NCBI RefSeq assembly: GCF_006345805.1
Contig: NC_043024.1
Coordinates: forward strand, 14,756,001-14,820,000
DNA from: Octopus sinensis
Taxonomy: Eukaryota
DNA length: 64,000 nt
Reading direction: 5' to 3'
Shown: in pieces, positions 60,321 through 64,000 of the stretch
Position numbering within the stretch: the first letter of the stretch is position 1
How the letters are laid out: every line of letters begins with the position of its first letter
Made by a program: the position numbers and the translations under genes
The notes under the pieces: model-generated
What the model was told of the DNA's origin: nothing
Seen by the model: the letters and a program-made list of their open reading frames with translations, nothing else
The model's database searches: none

Positions 60321-60542
60321 CCCTTTCGTTACCGTATTTATTTTGAGATGCTCTGTGTTTCTTTCAATTAATTTGAAATATATCAAAGAATTTAGTAAAA
60401 TAACTTTGTTATCATTAAGCTAGTGTTAGGAACATAAATTGTGTCTAAGTTTTGGTGGAAGATTTTAATTCAAAACTTATGAAAATAAGACATTTGTACT
60501 ACAGAGCCAGAGTTGGTTTCAACTGGGTTGGTATCAAAAGGG
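60321..60542. mobile_element. piggyBac-like MITE (222 bp)
   Basis: TTAA TSD both sides; CCCTTT termini. Confidence 0.8.
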
Positions 60543-60617
60543 TTAAGAATTGTTTCATAAGGTTTGAATTAAAATCTTTCACCAAACCTTAGTCACAATT
60601 TATGTTCCTAATACTAA

Positions 60618-60839
60618 CCCTTTTGTTACCATATTTTTGTTGAGGTGCTCTGTGTTTCTTTCAATTAATTTTAAATATAACAAAGAATTTAATAAAAGAA
60701 CTTAGTTATCATTAAGCTAGTGTTAGGAACATTAATTGTGACTAAGGTTTGGGGGAAGATTTTAATTCCAAACTTATGAAAACAAGACATTTGTACTACA
60801 GAACCAGAGGCGGTTTTGGCCGGGTTGGTATCAAAAGGG
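60618..60839. mobile_element. piggyBac-like MITE (222 bp), inserted next to or in an inverted fragment of the same family
   Basis: ctaa|CCCTTT...AAAGGG|ttaa; 60547-60617 is an inverted family fragment. Confidence 0.75.
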
Positions 60840-61144
60840 TTAAGCAGTCTGACATTTTGATTGATAATCTGAAGGTTACAATGAATGGAAATCTATATTC
60901 CTTCAAAATTTAAGTAATTAGTTCACACAAAAGCCAGTCAGCTGCTCTGACAACGATCACGCTCGGATGGTGCTCTTAGTGCTCCACTGCTACAGATGCC
61001 AGTCATCGAATTTGATTTCAAGAATACATGCCATTTAGAAACTAAAATATATATTTAAAGATTGGTCTCTGCTTACATTTGGGGTGGGCATGGGGTGCTT
61101 CTACTAGATATCATGTATTTTACTTTCATATTATTTGCCTCTAG

Positions 61145-61312
61145 TAAATGGTGGCTGGTCACATTGGTCTGAATGGAGCACATGCAGCAAAACCTGTGAA
61201 GGTGGGAAAATGTGGAGATTGAGGACATGTTCAAATCCTGTGCCACGTTGTAATGGTATAAAGTGTGTCGGAAAATCTTTTGAAACTTCACTGTGCAACC
61301 AAAATGTTGAAT
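61145..61312 (+). CDS. TSP1 exon: (V)NGGWSHWSEWSTCSKTCEGG...RTCSNPVPRCNG...CNQNVE(C)
   Basis: Acceptor ttatttgcctctag, donor T|gtaagt; 168 nt; phase 1-1. Confidence 0.92.
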
Positions 61313-61507
61313 GTAAGTATTTTATTTTGTTTGTTTTTTGTTTTTTTTTTTTGTGTCTCATTTTAGAAATGCTTAAAGACACAACTAACCAAATAGTCGA
61401 AGCTGTCTACTGATTAGATAACAAATTTGGACTGTCTGTTTATCAATGATCCATATTCACTTATTGTACTCTCAGCAATGGCCCAATTCATGTAGCATCC
61501 TTTTGGT

Positions 61508-61830
61508 ATATCATCATCACCATTGTTCAACCGTGGTTGAGACAATGGAATTTACCATGCTACGCCAGACTTCACGGTCCATCATGGCATTACGGAGGTC
61601 CTGTTGCTGGATGCCTGTATCCCTGGAGATTACATCAGGGTAGGAGAGTGTGCGCCCTCTGGTATTGCAAGTAGATGGCTTCCAGAGGAGAAGAGTAGAA
61701 ATTACCTCTTTTTCAGCTCTACAACAATGTCCAGCAAACTGGACCCTCCAACCTTTCACAAGAGATGACACAGGTGGTAGTTTCCCATATATTTGCAGTT
61801 TGGTTGGATGGCGCTTCCATGAGAGATTTT
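61508..61830 (-). mobile_element. Second copy of the RTE/RTEX-like 3' end seen at 21715
   Basis: Near-identical nucleotide sequence; LSWKRHPTK...FAGHCCRAE...DREVWRS. Confidence 0.85.
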
Positions 61831-62015
61831 GGTATATGATAACACTGTATAATACGATTTTTGTCCTTGGCAGCAACTGTTATTTCCTATTTACTTACTT
61901 CTAGAAACTATGAAAAATGGCTAATATTTCCTTCAAACTTTGCTTTTGTTACATATATTTAAACCCCAAAGAACCCCTCTCAACACATGACTATCGTGCT
62001 CCCCCACTAGGCAAC

Positions 62016-62097
62016 AATCATGTTCGGATGGTGCTCTTAGCGCTCCACTAGCATGGATGCCAAGTCATCGAATTCAATTTCGATTTCACTTGCCTCA
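62016..62097 (-). mobile_element. RTE 3' UTR fragment abutting the 16-bp satellite
   Basis: Reverse-complement match to ~46240-46325. Confidence 0.75.
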
Positions 62098-62559
62098 AGT
62101 CTTCGCAAGTAGAGGTCTTCGCAAGCAGAGGTCTTCGCAAGCAGAGGTCTTCGCAAGCAGAGGTCTTCGCAAGCAGAGGTCTTCGCAAGCAGAGGTCTTC
62201 GCAAGCAGAAGTCTTCGCAAGCAGAGGTCTTCGCAAGAAGAGGTCTTCACAAGCAGAGATCTTCGCAAGCAGAGGTCTTCGCAAGCAGAGGTCTTCGCAA
62301 GCAGAGGTCTTCGCAAGCAGAAGTCTTCGCAAGCAGAGGTCTTCGCAAGAAGAGGTCTTCACAAGCAGAGATCTTCACAAGCAGAGGTCTTCGCAACCAG
62401 CGGTCTTCGCAAGCAGAGGTCTTCGCAAGCAGAGGTCTTCACAAGCAGAGGTCTTCGCAAGCAGCGGTGTTTGCAAGCAGAGGTCTTCACAAGCAGTGGT
62501 CTTTGCAACCAGAGGTCTTCGCAAGCAGCGGTCTTTGCAAGCAGAGGTCTTTGCAAGCA
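62098..62559. repeat. 16-bp minisatellite, ~29 copies (RTE 3' UTR-derived)
   Basis: Unit aggtcttcgcaagcag. Confidence 0.97.
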
Positions 62560-62950
62560 TGTGTAATATTTTCATAGTAGAAAGAAAATGACTTTAAAAT
62601 GATGATACTAATGTTGATGTTTATGACAACAGTGTAATGACAATTATCATTTTTCTAAGCCCATTGTTGGCTAAACCTGTCAGAAAAAAATAATGTTAAA
62701 GCATATCTTTTAATATCTTTTATTTGTTTCAGTCATTAGACTGCGGCCATGCTGGGGCACCTCCTTGAAGAATCTTTGAGGAAATGAATCAACCCTTTTA
62801 CTTTTATTTATTTATTTATTTATTAAACCTGGTATTTATTGCATCAGTCTCTTTAAACAAACCACTAAATTCCAGGGACATAAACACACCAACACCAGTT
62901 ATCAAGCAGTAGTTATCATACAGGCATAAAGGCACATACATACACACATG

Positions 62951-63007
<57 letters not shown>

Positions 63008-63008
<1 letters not shown>

Positions 63009-63320
63009 GAGGCGCAATGGCCCAGTGGTTAGGGCAGCGGACTCGTGGGCGTAGGATCGCGGTTTCGATTCCCAGACCGGGCGTTGTGAGTGTTTATTGA
63101 GCGAAAACACCTAAAAGCTCCACAAGACTCCGGCAGGGGGTGGGGGATCCCTGCTGTACTCTTTCACCACTCTTTCTCCCACCCTTTCTTCTGTTGGCCT
63201 GCTCGCTTAGCCAAAGGGGTGGCATCATTCGAAGGCTAAAACAATGCGAACGCATTGTGACCAGCGATGTGTAACTACATCTGATGGACTGGTTGGTCAC
63301 GTGATCACGTGATCATGTGA
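63008..63320 (+). mobile_element. SINE family C, tail type 2
   Basis: Identical to 63660-63972. Confidence 0.85.
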
Positions 63321-63440
63321 TATATATATACATAAAATGAGCTTCTTTTAGTTTCCATCCACCAAACCCATTCACAAAGCTGGGAAGTAAGTTTCTTACC
63401 ACACAGCCACACCTGCACATATTAGAATATTTTTATAATA

Positions 63441-63602
63441 GGCGCAGGAGTGGCTGTGTGGTAAGTAGCTTGCTTACCAACCATATGGTTCCGGGTTCAG
63501 TCCCACTGTGTGGCACCTTGGGCAAGTGTCTTCTACTATAGCCTTGGGCCGATCAAAGCCTTGTGAGTGGATTTGGGTGACAGAAACTGAAAGAAGCCCA
63601 TC

Positions 63603-63604
<2 letters not shown>
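63441..63604 (+). mobile_element. SINE family A 5' half
   Basis: Head to TA tract; other partial copies at ~39998-40200, 48010-48185, 49835-49990, 62715-62920. Confidence 0.8.
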
Positions 63605-63644
<40 letters not shown>

Positions 63645-63659
63645 TATATATATGTGTGT

Positions 63660-63972
63660 GGAGGCGCAATGGCCCAGTGGTTAGGGCAGCGGACTCGTGG
63701 GCGTAGGATCGCGGTTTCGATTCCCAGACCGGGCGTTGTGAGTGTTTATTGAGCGAAAACACCTAAAAGCTCCACAAGACTCCGGCAGGGGGTGGGGGAT
63801 CCCTGCTGTACTCTTTCACCACTCTTTCTCCCACCCTTTCTTCTGTTGGCCTGCTCGCTTAGCCAAAGGGGTGGCATCATTCGAAGGCTAAAACAATGCG
63901 AACGCATTGTGACCAGCGATGTGTAACTACATCTGATGGACTGGTTGGTCACGTGATCACGTGATCATGTGA
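63660..63972 (+). mobile_element. SINE family C, tail type 2 (duplicate)
   Basis: Identical to 63008-63320, including downstream flank. Confidence 0.85.
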
Positions 63973-64000
63973 TATATATATACATAAAATGAGCTTCTTT

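Larger units (their letters stand above)
17946..61312 (+). other. Partial multi-exon gene: SCO-spondin-like extracellular protein (linker, VWC-like, TSP1, TSP1, TIL, VWC-like, TSP1, VWC-like, TSP1)
   Basis: 11 exons with GT-AG boundaries and matching phases (1-1, 1-2, 2-1, 1-1, 1-1, 1-2, 2-1, 1-2, 2-2, 2-1, 1-1) give 1971 nt in frame. WSxWxxCSxxC TSP1 motifs and a TIL Cys pattern are present. Family name is inferred from domain order; no start or stop codon found. Confidence 0.85.

Noticed and set aside
62048-62575. Cys/Arg-rich repetitive ORFs
   Set aside because: Frames of the 16-bp satellite; the unit is not a multiple of three and is RTE-derived.
63008-63080. tRNA genes at SINE heads (families A-D)
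   Set aside because: A and B boxes are present but there is no complete cloverleaf, and they continue into SINE bodies.

Overview
Eukaryotic, AT-rich, repeat-dense genomic DNA. The SINE/LINE landscape points to an octopus (inference, not verified). The only host gene I can support is a + strand, SCO-spondin-like TSP1/TIL/VWC-type gene. I traced 11 GT-AG exons from 17946 to 61312 that splice into one open frame (1971 nt, 657 codons); no start or stop codon was found. Several exons are absent from the ORF track. The rest is SINEs of four head types, RTE/CR1/R4-Dong/CRE-like LINE relics, mariner/pogo/piggyBac/hAT/Helitron-type elements, and micro- and minisatellites. Main result: nine type I hammerhead ribozyme (HHR) motifs in four unrelated short repeat families. 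They use three different Watson-Crick pairs at core positions 3-8 (canonical CUGAUGA, UUGAUAA, GUGAACA). All but the decayed 17295 copy have a palindromic stem III, most sit in inverted pairs, and two elements have 12-13 bp target-site duplications (Penelope/retrozyme-like). Second theme: three minisatellites trace to sequence inside LINEs. No searches or folding programs were run, ribozyme activity is untested, and SINE/LINE boundaries are approximate.
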